Source: Basidiobolus meristosporus CBS 931.73 (Eukaryota > Fungi > Basidiobolomycota). From it: a stretch of DNA of 64,000 nucleotides. A program made the position numbers and the translations under genes. The notes below the pieces were generated by a model, which ran no database searches, was not told where the DNA came from, and saw nothing but the letters and a program-made list of their open reading frames with translations. The stretch spans positions 1-64,000 of the forward strand of contig MCFE01000477.1 of the NCBI GenBank assembly GCA_002104905.1. The letters are read 5' to 3'. Below are positions 48,600 through 60,199 of this stretch, in pieces (position 1 is the stretch's first letter; every line of letters begins with the position of its first letter).

Positions 48600-49916
48600 A
48601 TGTATTTCGCTACCAAGATTTTGGCCACAGCCGCTGCTGCCATGGCAGTTGTATCCGCTTCGGACTTCTTCCCCTTCGAGTATCCTAGTGAATGCATCAC
48701 TTCATGCTCGCTGCAAGCTGGCAAAAAGTGTTGGCCTTCCTACACCCAGGATGAGTCTGATCCCAACTTCATCCAATCCTTCTCTTGCCTTTGCGACTCC
48801 AGTAATCCTGGTCATGGAAACTTCATGATGGACAGTCTAAAATGTCTTACCGCAAACAAGTGTGAGCAGAAGGACATTATGGCCTCTATGGCACTCCAAG
48901 GCCCTATTTGTAAATGGTATAACCAACATAAGAATGATCCAAAGCCTACAGAGAAGCCTGAACCCACAACTACTGAGAAGCCCGAACCCACAACCACTGA
49001 GAAGCCCGAACCCACAACCACTGAGAAGCCCGAGCCTACAACCACTGAGAAGCCCGAGCCTACAACCACTGAGAAGCCCGAGCCTACTACCACCGAGAAG
49101 CCTGAACCCACAACCACTGAGAAGCCCGAGCCTACTACCACTGAGAAGCCCGAGCCTACGACCACCGAGAAGCCTGAACCCACAACCACCGAGAAGCCTG
49201 AACCCACAACCACTGAGAAGCCCGAGCCTACTACCACTGAGAAGCCCGAGCCTACTACCACTGAGAAGCCTGAATCCACTACCACTGAGAAGCCCGAGCC
49301 TACTACCACTGAGAAGCCCGAGCCTACTACCACTGAGAAGCCTGAATCCACTACCACTGAGAAGCCCGAGCCTACTACCACTGAGAAGCCTGAATCCACT
49401 ACCACTGAGAAGCCCGAACCTACTAGCACCGAAGAGCCTGATTGTACAACAGAGAAACCCGAGCCTACTACCACTGAGAAGCCTGAGTCCACTACCACTT
49501 CTGAAAAGCCCGAGTCCACCACCACTGAGAAGCCGAAGCCTACTACTACAAACAAGCCCAAGCCTACCGGCACCGAAGAGCCTGATTGTACAACAGAGAA
49601 ACCCGAGCCTACTACCACTGAGAAGCCTAAGCCCACTACCACTGAAGAGCCTGAGTGCACCACGGAGAAGCCTAACCCTACTTCAACCGTACTCCCCACC
49701 TGCGAGCCAGTTACCGTGACGACCACCGTCTACATCACCACCACCAATCCTGAGCCTACGAGCGCTTCATGTGAGCATGGCACCTACGAGTGCGTAGATT
49801 CCGGCAAGTCCAGAGATTTCACAGTCTGCCTCTATGGCAAGAAGGTCAGAAACTCCTGCTCCACCGGGACCGTGTGTAAGAGCTATGCAGGCTCCATCGT
49901 CTGCGACTGGGAATGA
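48600..49916 (+). CDS. Tandem paralog of 46842-47849 with a longer repeat tract (438 aa)
   Basis: Near-identical signal peptide and 8-Cys domain; 20 in-phase 24-bp units followed by variant units; CBM19-like C-terminus 'CSTGTVC..VCDWE'. Confidence 0.9.
   Translation: MYFATKILATAAAAMAVVSASDFFPFEYPSECITSCSLQAGKKCWPSYTQDESDPNFIQSFSCLCDSSNPGHGNFMMDSLKCLTANKCEQKDIMASMALQGPICKWYNQHKNDPKPTEKPEPTTTEKPEPTTTEKPEPTTTEKPEPTTTEKPEPTTTEKPEPTTTEKPEPTTTEKPEPTTTEKPEPTTTEKPEPTTTEKPEPTTTEKPEPTTTEKPEPTTTEKPESTTTEKPEPTTTEKPEPTTTEKPESTTTEKPEPTTTEKPESTTTEKPEPTSTEEPDCTTEKPEPTTTEKPESTTTSEKPESTTTEKPKPTTTNKPKPTGTEEPDCTTEKPEPTTTEKPKPTTTEEPECTTEKPNPTSTVLPTCEPVTVTTTVYITTTNPEPTSASCEHGTYECVDSGKSRDFTVCLYGKKVRNSCSTGTVCKSYAGSIVCDWE
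48963..49680 (+). repeat. Coding minisatellite: 20 x 24 bp plus ~10 variant units, some with Cys (EEPDCTTEK)
   Basis: Consensus CCTACTACCACTGAGAAGCCCGAG. Confidence 0.93.
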
Positions 49917-51304
49917 GCGATTTAGGGGATGTTGAGAATAGTATAAATATCCAAGGAAATTTTTATCAATAAACGATTCGATACTGCTTTGTAAATCGTG
50001 GTGGTCCATGGGCTCGCTCATGCGTCAAGAGAAGAACCGTAAGATCCCTGCACAACCACCCCTGGAGTAGCGGTCGCATACGGCACGCATGTGTGAAAGA
50101 TTTGCACAGGAATTCCCTAGAACGGGACATGAATGAGAGTGGGAAAACCCAAAAATTCCCTTCCCGAAATTGAGTGAATTTCGGTGAATTTCGGTGAATT
50201 TCCCATATTTGGCAAGGGCAATCAGGCCTAATAATATCACTGTGTTGATTGTATGAAGGTTTGGGCGGACATGAATCATCTTCTAGATGCAATCACTAGG
50301 GGCTACATAGCAAGCCCTGCCTTCTTGTACATCTGCCCAGGATTTCGTCGTATTCTGGAGTGCAAGATACCAACCAGGTTGCTGCACTCACCTTCCATCG
50401 CTGTTGGAAAATCCCAGCAATAATTATTCCACGGTCACTTCAATGACCCCAACGCATGTTAGGGCAACTTCTCACCTGCAACCAATGAATCTCCTCCACC
50501 TACTCCCAACAAGGTTCTGAAGTGAAGAATGCACCACTCCTCCATTAATGCAAGCAAGCGCTGGCCAGGAAAACTCCGTGGCCCTGGTAAGCCGGCCGTA
50601 TCTGCTGCAAACCTTGGTGGTTCCAAACTGCTTTGAAATTGATCTTGTATCGAGCTCTTCTCCCACCAGTGTCCTTCGGGGAAACCTCTATCGTATCCAT
50701 CCAATACTCGCCTGTGACTTCTGTTTAGGCTTCGGCAATGCGGCCAATCTATACCAAGTTGATTCAAGTTAATCAAAATCTAGTGTCAGAGTTGTCGTGG
50801 CTGTAGCCAGTAAGGAGGTGGTGACTGGGACATCTTTCCACATGAATTTCGCTCGACCATTTCTCCAGCAGAACGAAACGCTTGGCAAAACCGAGCGGTG
50901 ATTTCCAATGGAATAAGGGGCTTGATGCTGGGGAATGCCAAATCCCCCCTCACATTGGTTGGCAAAAAGCTCACAGCTAACACTGCAATGCAACATCCAC
51001 AGAACATACGATTCTCTTATGTTTCACCAATCGGGATCTACTACGTTGCTATTTGCAGGAAATCAACTGATTAATTGGCGGGAAGGATTGGGAAATTTTG
51101 ATAGGTACTTGGCTCGTATCATTGGATCAAGGCATCCCACTGAAACTCGATCACATGTTGCCCACAACCAGTATATTTAACTCAAATGAAGTACTCTTGA
51201 CCTGGACCCCAACAATCATCCATTTAGATAAGACAATCCGTGCTTTATCAAGGATTGACTACTCTCCATCTCTCGTCCGTTCTCTCCCTTCACTTCTCTT
51301 CACC

Positions 51305-52357
51305 ATGGCCGGTCAACTAGTGTCCCTTGCTGATCTAGAGCATTTCATCGATCACGAAATACCCAACCTCGATTATATCGTGCACCACGATACTTTAATC
51401 CCTTCTTCTCTGAAGGTTGTACTGACCATCTTCCCCGAATGGAAGGAAGCGGACCTAACTTTCACCCAGTGCAAGGATGGTATCACCAACAAACTAGTCC
51501 GCTGCGACCACTCCAGTGGACAGTCGGTGCTAATCCGTGCCTACGGAAAGAAATCCGAGGTGCTAATCGACCGTAAGCAGGAGCTTATCAACCTAACTGG
51601 ACTGGCGAAACTTGGCCTTTGCCCACCATTGTACGGCCGGTTCAAGAACGGGTTCATTTACGGGTATATCGCCGGACAGGTGTATTCCCTGGATATGATG
51701 TCTGACTTCAAAACCTCCCTCCTAGTTGCCGAGAAATTGGCCACCTGGCATAAGGTGAACATCGCTGGGGATCACTCACCCAAGCTATTCAAAACGTTGA
51801 GAAGATGGCTTCACGACGTACCCACCGAGTACGAAAACCCTGAGGCCAACCGAGTCTTTCAGAAACACTTCGATCTTTCTGCGCTGAACGAGGAGCTGAA
51901 CAGCTTGGAAGAGAAACTGAGCCAGCTGAACGCCCCGGTTGTGTTCAGTCACAATGACTTGCTATCGGCCAACCTAATCTATCAGCCAGATAGAAATGAG
52001 TGTGCCTTCATCGATTATGAATACGGATCCTACAGCTTCCGTGGCTTCGACATCGGAAACCACTTCGCCGAGTACGCAGGCTTCGAATGTGACTACTCAC
52101 GGTACCCAACTAGAGAGTATCAGAAGGTGTGGCTAAGAAAGTATCTTGAGTCCGCCCAAGAACACAGCCCTAGTGAGGAAGAGGTGGAGAGCCTGTATAG
52201 AGAGGTGAATCAGTTCGCACTGGCCTCACACATCTACTGGGGCCTCTGGGCACTGGTTCAAGCACAACTCTCGGATATTGATTTTGATTATATGAGTTAT
52301 GCTGTGCTGCGATTCAACGAGTACTACCGGAAGAAAGAAGAGTTTTTGGCTTTGTAG
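51305..52357 (+). CDS. EKI1: Ethanolamine/choline kinase
   Basis: 'GITNKL', 'VLIRAYG', Brenner motif 'VFSHNDLLSANLI', 'FIDYEYG..FRGFDIGNHFAEYAG'; likely start CACCATGG at 51305 within ORF 51098-52357. Confidence 0.92.
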   Translation: MAGQLVSLADLEHFIDHEIPNLDYIVHHDTLIPSSLKVVLTIFPEWKEADLTFTQCKDGITNKLVRCDHSSGQSVLIRAYGKKSEVLIDRKQELINLTGLAKLGLCPPLYGRFKNGFIYGYIAGQVYSLDMMSDFKTSLLVAEKLATWHKVNIAGDHSPKLFKTLRRWLHDVPTEYENPEANRVFQKHFDLSALNEELNSLEEKLSQLNAPVVFSHNDLLSANLIYQPDRNECAFIDYEYGSYSFRGFDIGNHFAEYAGFECDYSRYPTREYQKVWLRKYLESAQEHSPSEEEVESLYREVNQFALASHIYWGLWALVQAQLSDIDFDYMSYAVLRFNEYYRKKEEFLAL

Positions 52358-53455
52358 TTTATTCCATTATTGTGCCTATACCAATCAGTATTACTCGGAA
52401 GCGAACTTCCCCCCCCCCGAACCCCACAACATCATCTATTGACCCTCTTGTGCCTAGAATAATTCAGCATAACTATACACTCCCTTCTGACTTGTATCAA
52501 CAAAATTTTTAGTACACACATCTAATCACCTCAATATAAATTTATTCTATTCTAATCACCTCAATATAAATTTATTCTATTCCACCCATTTCCTGTTTCG
52601 CTTTCACTTCCACTTCCAACTAGAGCAGGCTGTGTGACAAGCGTTGAGGGATTCTGATTCGTTGAGAGGGGGGTCATTTCCGTCGGAACGAATTCGCCCC
52701 ATCCCATAATCTCATGGTAGGTGAGATTTTTGGTATATACTCGATCTCGTGTCCAAGGAAAAATCAGAATCAATGCTTGATAGCAGTTTCATTGGAACCA
52801 CGGAAATTCCAGGAATTCTTTCCCGGACTGACTTCCTACGGTACCTCAACTGTGTTAGCTAGATCGATGATGCCGCATCCACACCGATATTACAGGTTGT
52901 TGTTTCCCCACTGTAAGTTGGTACTATTTGCGGATCACATTTCCTTTTTATTTGAAATCTGAAAAAGTAATTCTAATTACCCAACTACTGCTTATTAAGT
53001 GTGTTTGTCGTTGGGTACTGCACTGATGACGATAATGCATCAAGCCAGTGTCAATAATCTAGATTAACAATTGTTCAATGAGAAGCAATGTCTAGCAGGA
53101 TAAGGCATCCACTCTTTAATGTTACATGATACAGCAGGCTGCATCTAGCGAAAAGATTCATGCTAGTCTGTCCAACTAGTACTAGAGATAGTTTAGTTTC
53201 GTCTTTCACCAACTTACCAAATCAACTAGTTACCCGCCAATAAGATTCCGGACTGGACTGTCCGAACCAATAGTGCTTACTGAATATACCAAATTCCAAT
53301 CGAACCGGAACCATGAGGCCTGGACCAAAGGTAATTCTGCGATGGAATCGATCCACCAAATCCTTGGTAAAGTTGGCATCGAAGCCACAGATGTATGAAA
53401 TATAAATCCCTCGGAACTCCCTCCTCCATGTCTAACCATACAACACTCTACTGCA

Positions 53456-53929
53456 ATGAAGCTTCTATCTCTAATCGTGACTGCCTTCACTTTCGCCGGG
53501 GTAGCCTTCGCCTTTGACCCGAACACTCTCCTCGCACTCGTGAATCAGCAACGAGCTCTGGTCGGCGCCCCGGCTCTCACCATCGACCCAAGACTCACCT
53601 TGGCTGCCGAAAGACACACTCTGTATCAGGTCACCGTGCATGAGATGACCCATGACGAGCCGAACACGACACTGGGTCAGAGAATCAGTGCCACAGGCTA
53701 CCCATGGAGCAACATTGGGGAGAATGTTGCAGCGGGGTATGGGGATGCGGTATCGGTGATGAACGCCTGGATGAACTCGCCAGAGCATCGCCGCAACATA
53801 TTGGACCCCATATTCACCCAGACTGGCATCGCCTACGACCCCCAAGGCAGCTACTGGACTCAGGACTTCGGCCGGCCTATGATGATGCGCAAAAGGTCAC
53901 CGAAATTTGTTGGAAGAAGAAAGCAATGA
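53456..53929 (+). CDS. Secreted CAP/SCP-domain protein (YkwD-like subtype), copy 1
   Basis: Signal peptide; 'LALVNQQRA', 'GENVAAGY', 'WMNSPEHRRNIL', 'YWTQDFG'; TATAAA at 53401. Confidence 0.92.
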   Translation: MKLLSLIVTAFTFAGVAFAFDPNTLLALVNQQRALVGAPALTIDPRLTLAAERHTLYQVTVHEMTHDEPNTTLGQRISATGYPWSNIGENVAAGYGDAVSVMNAWMNSPEHRRNILDPIFTQTGIAYDPQGSYWTQDFGRPMMMRKRSPKFVGRRKQ

Positions 53930-55247
53930 AGAGTGGGATCGATAGCAATATATACCCATTATATACCCACCATATACCCATACACTAACAGCATAGAGGA
54001 TAGAGATAAATAAAGAAGACCTGGCCATTAAGTCTACTCTGCTACGAAGGGCAAGCAGTAGTGGTGCTTGTTGACTCCATACCATGTGTGTCATGATTTG
54101 TGAATATTGCATTGCTCTAGCATTCTGTATCGTAGATTAGGTTCCCTGAGAGGTTCCTCGAGATAAAGCTAGCATCTCCACTTACCAAATTGGACCAAAT
54201 CATAAATGGCTGCCATCAACCCTCGCCAATGACCGTTGAATTCCAATAATCGGTACCAGTACTAGGTTTCTGGACCTTGGTATAGTTTTCAGAGAAGCTA
54301 CAGATGAAATATCAATGCCATAGAATTCCCTCCTCCACGTCTAATCATGCAATACTTCAATACAACACTAGACCAGAGACCCAGCGTAACATTGGAGAGA
54401 ATGCTGGTATCTATTATCATTCCCTCATTCAATATCCAATTGCTTCTAAATTACCAAGTATTCATTTATTGCTGGCTTATTATTTCAAATCAAACCACAG
54501 GAGTGCTTGATATCCTGAATGGTATAACGACCTACCTACCAAAGGAGAACCACTTGTTAACTCCAAACCACACTGATGAAAGCAATGAAGAGCGGGATCG
54601 AAAACAATATATACCCACTATATACCCTTCATATACCCAGCATATATCCATATATGTGCAATACAGAGCGAGGTTGCAAAGAATAGAAGCGAGCATACAA
54701 GAAAGCAACTAGAAATGTTTACCCAAAATATATCCACTCACTCACCGTATAGAGTTATGCACTACCAACCAGAAATCAATAAACGACCATACAACCCTAG
54801 TTCCATCAGAAAACAGCCGAAATTTCAACAGGCCAAGCAAAGAGTGGGGATTTGACCAACTAAGGGAGCAATTCTCTCCGGGATTCACAGTGAGGAAGGT
54901 ATTCCACTTCCGGACTGCAACGGGTCTTTGCAAAAAACTACTTCGTTAAGTAAACTCGGCCTGCGTAACACTAAAACTGAGTCCATGATACGATGTTACG
55001 TTCCTAAAGTCAACTTTCAGGATTTGCTACTCGATAATTCTCAAAGTCCGTCTAAAAAGTTGACCTTCTTCAACTCTTGGGCTACGAACCTCCCCAGCAG
55101 TGAATCGTAGCTGTCCAAATGAATAAACCCCTTTGGGGCTTCTTTCTCTTTTTTTATTGATAGTAAAATATGCAACAATATTTCATCAGTGATTCCACTA
55201 GCTTGAGTCTGTCTTACTATTGTATATCTTTAAGTGTGTTTCCACGT

Positions 55248-57076
55248 TGTTACGAAATAAAAATATACTACCGTAGAAACAGCCCACGTAAAGAAGAATC
55301 CATGCACGTACAATTATGAAACTTGGCAGCAATGCAGCATCACCAATTCCAAAGACATGTACCAGGTTTCAAAAGCACACTGTCACTACTTGTGACACAA
55401 CCAAACTATTAACAAACACTTTATTTACTCCAAAACTACTTTGACCCGTAACATAAAATTTACACCATATATAGCCAAGTGACTAAACCTTAATGCTACA
55501 AAGTTTCAAAGACAGAGCTTAACTAGTGGCCAAGATACAAGCGATCGGAAATCATGCTACGATCCCACGCAAGCCCACAAGATAGTGTTTCAAACTAATA
55601 ACTATAAAAAGTGAACACTTACCTTTAATAAAGGCAGTCGATTTTCACAGTCCGAAATCGGTCGAATCAACCAATCAGAGTTTATCACTCCGATCTGCGT
55701 TTTTAGGACATAACATTTGGTAGCAGCGATACATTATCACTGGTAGAAGTCATTAAGAAAACATGCCCACAGATGAATCTACTACTTGGCAACACACCTT
55801 GGAAGGTATCCTTCAGGCACAGCTAACACTGTGTACCGAAATGAAGAACCAAATGAACAGGCAAGATGCCAGAATCCCTATACATCTAAATAGTTATAGT
55901 GGTAAAACTGGAGAGAATATAACTGCCTGGATTGTACAAGTGGAACAGGTGTTCCAAGCAAAGAATGTCACGGATGACAACAAGAAAATAGCCATCATAG
56001 GAAGTTACTTACAAGGCAGAGCTCAATCATGGTACCAAGGGAAGTTACTACAAGCAAATGCAAGCAACACTTGTGCTTTCCCCAGTTGGGACTCCTTTAA
56101 AACCGAAATCAGAAGCTTCTTCCTCCCCCCAAACTTTCAAGGAACGCTAAGAATTGAGCTAGAAAATCTCAAACAGAAAAATAGTGTATTGGAGTATGTA
56201 CAAAACTTCAAGAACATCCTTGCACAAGTTCTAGAAATGGCAGAAGGAGATAAGATACACTACTTCTTAAAAGGTCTCAAGGGAAGAACAAAAGCAGAAG
56301 TAAGCTACAAGTTCCCCACAACCATAGAAGCAGCAATACACTATGCCATTACCTATGACTCTATACGGGCGACCAATCCACACTTTTACCAGACATCCTC
56401 CCAGAAGAATCAGCACAACCGGCCAGACCACTCGCAGAATACCTCCGAAGGCCCCACTCCCATGGAATTAGACCACATACAGCAGACAGAAGACCCTAGC
56501 AGCTCAAAAACACGGTACAGGTGTCACTACTGTAGAAAACCTGGTCACTTCATCAAAGATTGTAGAAAAAGACAAAGAAATCAGAAAGAAAAATATGAAG
56601 GAACTGCCCGTAAGGACCCACCAGAGCACTCCCAAGCAAATCTAATGGATCAGCCAGGCGCACTGGGAAGCTATGACCATGACTACATCCAAGCTAATGA
56701 AACCTTATATTTGGCCAAGTCAATGACAGCACAAACACAAAACCAATCCACTCCGCTAGTATATCTACCAGTAAAGATAAAAGGAAGATTATACACAGCC
56801 CTTGTGGACTCGGGTGCTACTCACACTTACATTGCCCAAAGAATAGTTAAGGAACTGCAACTCAGGACCACAAGAATCCCTCCTAAAGCAACCACCATAG
56901 CCAACCGAAGCACCATATCCATAGAAGAACAATGTTCAGAACTCCTGGTGGAACTAGGCAACCTTCAAGAAACCTTACAACCATTAGTCTTCCCTCAAGC
57001 CAACTTTGACCTAATATTGGGCAAACCCTGGCATTGGAAACATAATCCCCAGATAGACTGGCGCACAAATGAAGTG
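55248..57076 (+). mobile_element. Second Ty3/gypsy family: 5' LTR (55248-55715), PBS, gag-protease; 3'-truncated
   Basis: TGTTACG...CATAACA LTR with TATAAAA and AATAAA; PBS TGGTAGCAGCG at 55718; no RT, integrase or 3' LTR follows. Confidence 0.88.
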
Positions 57077-57211
57077 CAGACTATTGTAAGACCTACGAAG
57101 AGCCTGCTTAGCGCAGTGGTAGCGCGTCAGTCTCGTAAACTGAAGGTCGCCAGTTCAATCCTGGCAGTAGGCAATTTTTCTTTCCAAATTGAATGTCGAC
57201 CCTTGATATAG
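55763..57211 (+). CDS. Gypsy Gag-protease ORF; its last ~45 codons are read-through of an LTR end and a tRNA gene
   Basis: Gag homologous to 4462 ORF ('YSGKTGENITAWIVQVEQVF', 'PMELD'), CCHC 'CHYCRKPGHFIKDC', protease 'ALVDSGA', 'LILGKPW...NPQIDW'; homology stops at ~57076. Confidence 0.85.
   Translation: MPTDESTTWQHTLEGILQAQLTLCTEMKNQMNRQDARIPIHLNSYSGKTGENITAWIVQVEQVFQAKNVTDDNKKIAIIGSYLQGRAQSWYQGKLLQANASNTCAFPSWDSFKTEIRSFFLPPNFQGTLRIELENLKQKNSVLEYVQNFKNILAQVLEMAEGDKIHYFLKGLKGRTKAEVSYKFPTTIEAAIHYAITYDSIRATNPHFYQTSSQKNQHNRPDHSQNTSEGPTPMELDHIQQTEDPSSSKTRYRCHYCRKPGHFIKDCRKRQRNQKEKYEGTARKDPPEHSQANLMDQPGALGSYDHDYIQANETLYLAKSMTAQTQNQSTPLVYLPVKIKGRLYTALVDSGATHTYIAQRIVKELQLRTTRIPPKATTIANRSTISIEEQCSELLVELGNLQETLQPLVFPQANFDLILGKPWHWKHNPQIDWRTNEVQTIVRPTKSLLSAVVARQSRKLKVASSILAVGNFSFQIECRPLI
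57102..57173 (+). tRNA. tRNA-Thr(CGT), copy 1
   Basis: Cloverleaf: GCCTGCT/AGTAGGC acceptor stem, GCGC D-stem, TCAGT-CTCGTAA-ACTGA anticodon arm, GCCAG-TTCAATC-CTGGC T-arm; T-run terminator follows. Confidence 0.93.
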
Positions 57212-58567
57212 TTGGCTATGCCTGAATTTTCGTATCCGAAAGCTCACTCCAAAAGTGAAGAACGCGGGAAAGGTGTGTTAGTAGAGTCCCCATTTTTATC
57301 TTCAACTGCATCGAAGTTGCATTTACTAAATCACCAGGCACGCTATGATGTACAGAAGTCAGACACTGGTACAAGCTTGCTTTGTGGGACGAAAACCAAT
57401 TCCAACCAGACGATCCATTTTTTTTGATGAAAAATTTTCACCCTGGAAAGTATAAATACGGCACTTGTGGGTGGGTGATTCCTCACGACTGTACTTTACA
57501 GGATTATGTATATAGTACATTCCCAGTCTATGTTTCCCAACAAAGACACTAATACCAAGCTGGTAGATGAGATGTAGTGCGCTGTCCGTAAAGGGAAGTG
57601 TGAGTAGCGACCGATCGGTCCTTCGGGACCATAGGACCTACTCAGTTGATGAACTTGCCGGTTGATTATTCCAACAGCCTGGCGAGGACGGTTTGCACAT
57701 TCTGACAGCTTGTTATTACTCATTTCCCATTCAATACCTCGACATTCAAATATACCAAAAGAATATGCCTTGTCTATAGCGCATATGGATGCAATGCAAT
57801 ATCAATGGAACCTTTATTGATGCGGTGAACACAGGACTAGATGTTGCTACAAAGTCCTCAGTTGATATATAACGAGCTGAATTGGCAATTTTGATTGCAC
57901 ATCAGGAATAGTTGGTGCTATACCTTAATACAAGGAAAACGCAGAAAGGCAAGGTCCGGAAGTTTTAAGCGGCCAATGCAGCCTCATAGTTTTAAAGAGA
58001 CGTTATATATGTTAATAGCTTCGCAGGTTATCACATAGACACAATGTGGTAGTTTAAGTGTTGTGGCTGCTACCTGGAAGTACATCCAAGCTGATATTTT
58101 CGTTAGTGTTGTTCTACCGTTTGTATGGGATGATTTTGATATACTTCCTTCTGGTCAATGATCTATATCACAACTCGCTTATTCGTCTTGTAGAAACAAG
58201 GTGATATATATTTGTGAGGGCTGGTTACCCAGCTCCCCCTATTTGAGGTTTCCTCAGTCTAATACTCTACCTCAGTTAGGTTTTAACTTCGTAGCAATAT
58301 GTTATATTCTGGTCCGTCAAATATTTAAAAGGGACCTGTTTATTGCAAGTTGCTTCGTTCATTTATACTTTTGACATGTTTGATAGTCATATTATTTTAT
58401 CCTAAAGCAGTGCGGCTTTGTTATTCTCATCGAGTCGTGGTAGTGCTAAATTTGTGTGGTACTGGACCCTTATCTAGATGGTTATATGGCGTTGTCTCAG
58501 ATTATCCTTCATGTGATCTGTGCATGTTTCGCTTCTAAGCTTTGATGCATGTTTATCTTTGAACAAC

Positions 58568-58795
58568 TGTTATGATATTCAGGTCCGGTTCTCTCACTTT
58601 TGTGGTGTAACAAGGTCTGTCTTTATTTTTAGCGCTGGATCTGCTTTGAACACAATTCCCGATTGCTTGCATAGACTATTGTCTCAAGTTTGCCCAACAG
58701 TGAGCATATATTGAAACATCATCACACGGTGACATGACTATATATGTCGTGATCATCTGTATGTTCTGGTCGGCTTTCAGGCTATTGTAGTAACA
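58568..58795 (-). mobile_element. Solo LTR type B, upstream of tRNA-Leu
   Basis: TGTTATGATA...TAACA; colinear with 59641-59865; flanks ACAAC/ACAAT (imperfect TSD); AATAAA on the minus strand. Confidence 0.85.
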
Positions 58796-58800
58796 ACAAT

Positions 58801-59026
58801 TGTTATGAAATCCAGGCCAGTTCCCGTCCTTCTGTTTGGTGTAACAAGGTCTGTCCTTTATTTTAGCGTAGGATCTACTTTTTATACATTTCTCGATCAT
58901 TTGCATACAACTTGTCTTACTTTAGCCCATCTGTCTTTGATCATCTTTGATGATTTTTGGTGTTGACGCATCTCTATATGCGACAACTTGCTGCCTGTTC
59001 TGGTCGGGATTCAGACTTTCATAACA
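58801..59026 (-). mobile_element. Solo LTR type A (226 bp), 9 bp upstream of tRNA-Leu
   Basis: 10-bp terminal inverted repeats TGTTATGAAA/TTTCATAACA; exact TSD CAAT; reverse complement of 60200-60425. Confidence 0.93.
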
Positions 59027-59035
59027 CAATAAATT

Positions 59036-59117
59036 GGTGAGATGGCCGAGTGGTCTAAGGCGCTGCGTTCAGGTCGCAGTCTCTCCGGAGGCGTGGGTTC
59101 GAACCCCACTCTCATCA
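59036..59117 (+). tRNA. tRNA-Leu(CAG)
   Basis: GGTGAGA/TCTCATC acceptor stem, CTGCG-TTCAGGT-CGCAG anticodon arm, long variable arm, GGTTCGAACC B-box; TTTT downstream. Confidence 0.96.
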
Positions 59118-59640
59118 TAATCTTTTGGTTGAACGATGATGTATTTTGGGTTGTGTAGCTATTGTATTTGCCCTGCTCTAATGATAAGGACCGGTGTATC
59201 TTCCAATTGATGCATAGGATGAAAGCATGTAATGTATATAGTCCTGATATACACAAATATTAAATTTTGATCACCCACTTGAATACAAAGCGCAATGATA
59301 CCGTTTTGCACTTAAGACAGTTCATCTATATCTACATGAAATATAGTAGCTCTTATTGTTTGTATTTTATGATTGCTAGCCTGAATATTGCCGAATGCCT
59401 ATGTCGTGGTTAGGTCATCAGCATCTTCAAACCATCACAGCCGGAGACCTACCCCAGAACCATCCGTCGAGTATTACTAAAATTGGGCAAAATGGCTAAG
59501 ACATGCATATAGCAAATGTAGTTCACCAAAGTATAAATTAGCAAAACACGTTAGAAAATAAAGTAGTTTTTCCTTCCGGCCTCGACCTTTGAACACCAAT
59601 CTCTGGCTAGCACCCTTGGCAGTACATACTACGACACCTA

Positions 59641-59865
59641 TGTTATGATACTCAGGTCCGGTTCTCCTAGTTTTCTGGTGTAACAAGGTCTGTCTTTATT
59701 TTTAGCGCTGGATCTGCTTTGAACATAATTCCCGATTGCTTGCATAGACTGTTGTCTTAAGTTTGCCCAACAGCAAGCATATATTGAAACATCATCACAC
59801 GGTGACATTACTATATATGTCGTGATCATCTGTATGTTCCGGTCAGCTTTCAGACTATTGTAACA
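59641..59865 (-). mobile_element. Solo LTR type B, oldest of the stack before tRNA-Thr copy 2
   Basis: TG...CA termini; exact TSD CCTA (59637-59640, 59866-59869). Confidence 0.92.
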
Positions 59866-59870
59866 CCTAC

Positions 59871-60197
59871 TGTTACGTACTTAAAGAGTAATGTTCTTTA
59901 GAGAGTACAAAACTAGATAACGTGTAGGTTATCTTGTAGATTCGACAGGGTAGTGTAAGAATATCTCTTAAAAGGTTAGAGTGGTGACTTTGTAGAAATA
60001 TATTCAAGCTAATATTCGTTTCTACTACGCTTTTCTGCTTATAACCCAAAAACTTCCCTTTATTTGATTGCTTGTTTGGTATTTATACCTTATTGTGAGT
60101 CTGGTGATTTGTCTTTGATTTGCTTTTCCCTGGCTACTAAGTCGTCTTTGTATGCGTTGATATCACTTAACATCAACTGACTCCTTACTCTGTAACA
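59871..60197 (-). mobile_element. Solo LTR type C (327 bp)
   Basis: TGTTAC...GTAACA termini; TATAAATA and AATAAA on the minus strand; TSD CTAC (59867-59870), recovered on the right after removing the type A insertion. Confidence 0.88.
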
Positions 60198-60199
60198 CT

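Noticed and set aside
47187-49680. Regular 24-bp periodicity resembling a CRISPR array
   Set aside because: No unique spacers; the units are in-frame coding repeats in a eukaryotic gene.
46988-49726. Long alternative-frame and antisense ORFs (VVVGSGFS, PLLPRSLN repeats)
   Set aside because: By-products of the 24-bp coding minisatellites.
50300-51000. Scattered short ORFs here and at 35440-36300, 40687-41064, 54300-55110, 57496-58550
   Set aside because: No recognisable domains, consistent codon bias or splice structure that I can support.
51098-51304. N-terminal extension of the kinase ORF; similar extensions at 46731-46841 and 37373-37438
   Set aside because: Not homologous to family members or paralogs; better ATG contexts lie downstream, and 37373-37430 falls in a probable intron.
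52523-52582. Perfect 30-bp tandem duplication; also short repeats at ~50175 and ~36805
   Set aside because: Two to three copies only, intergenic; consistent with ordinary slippage.
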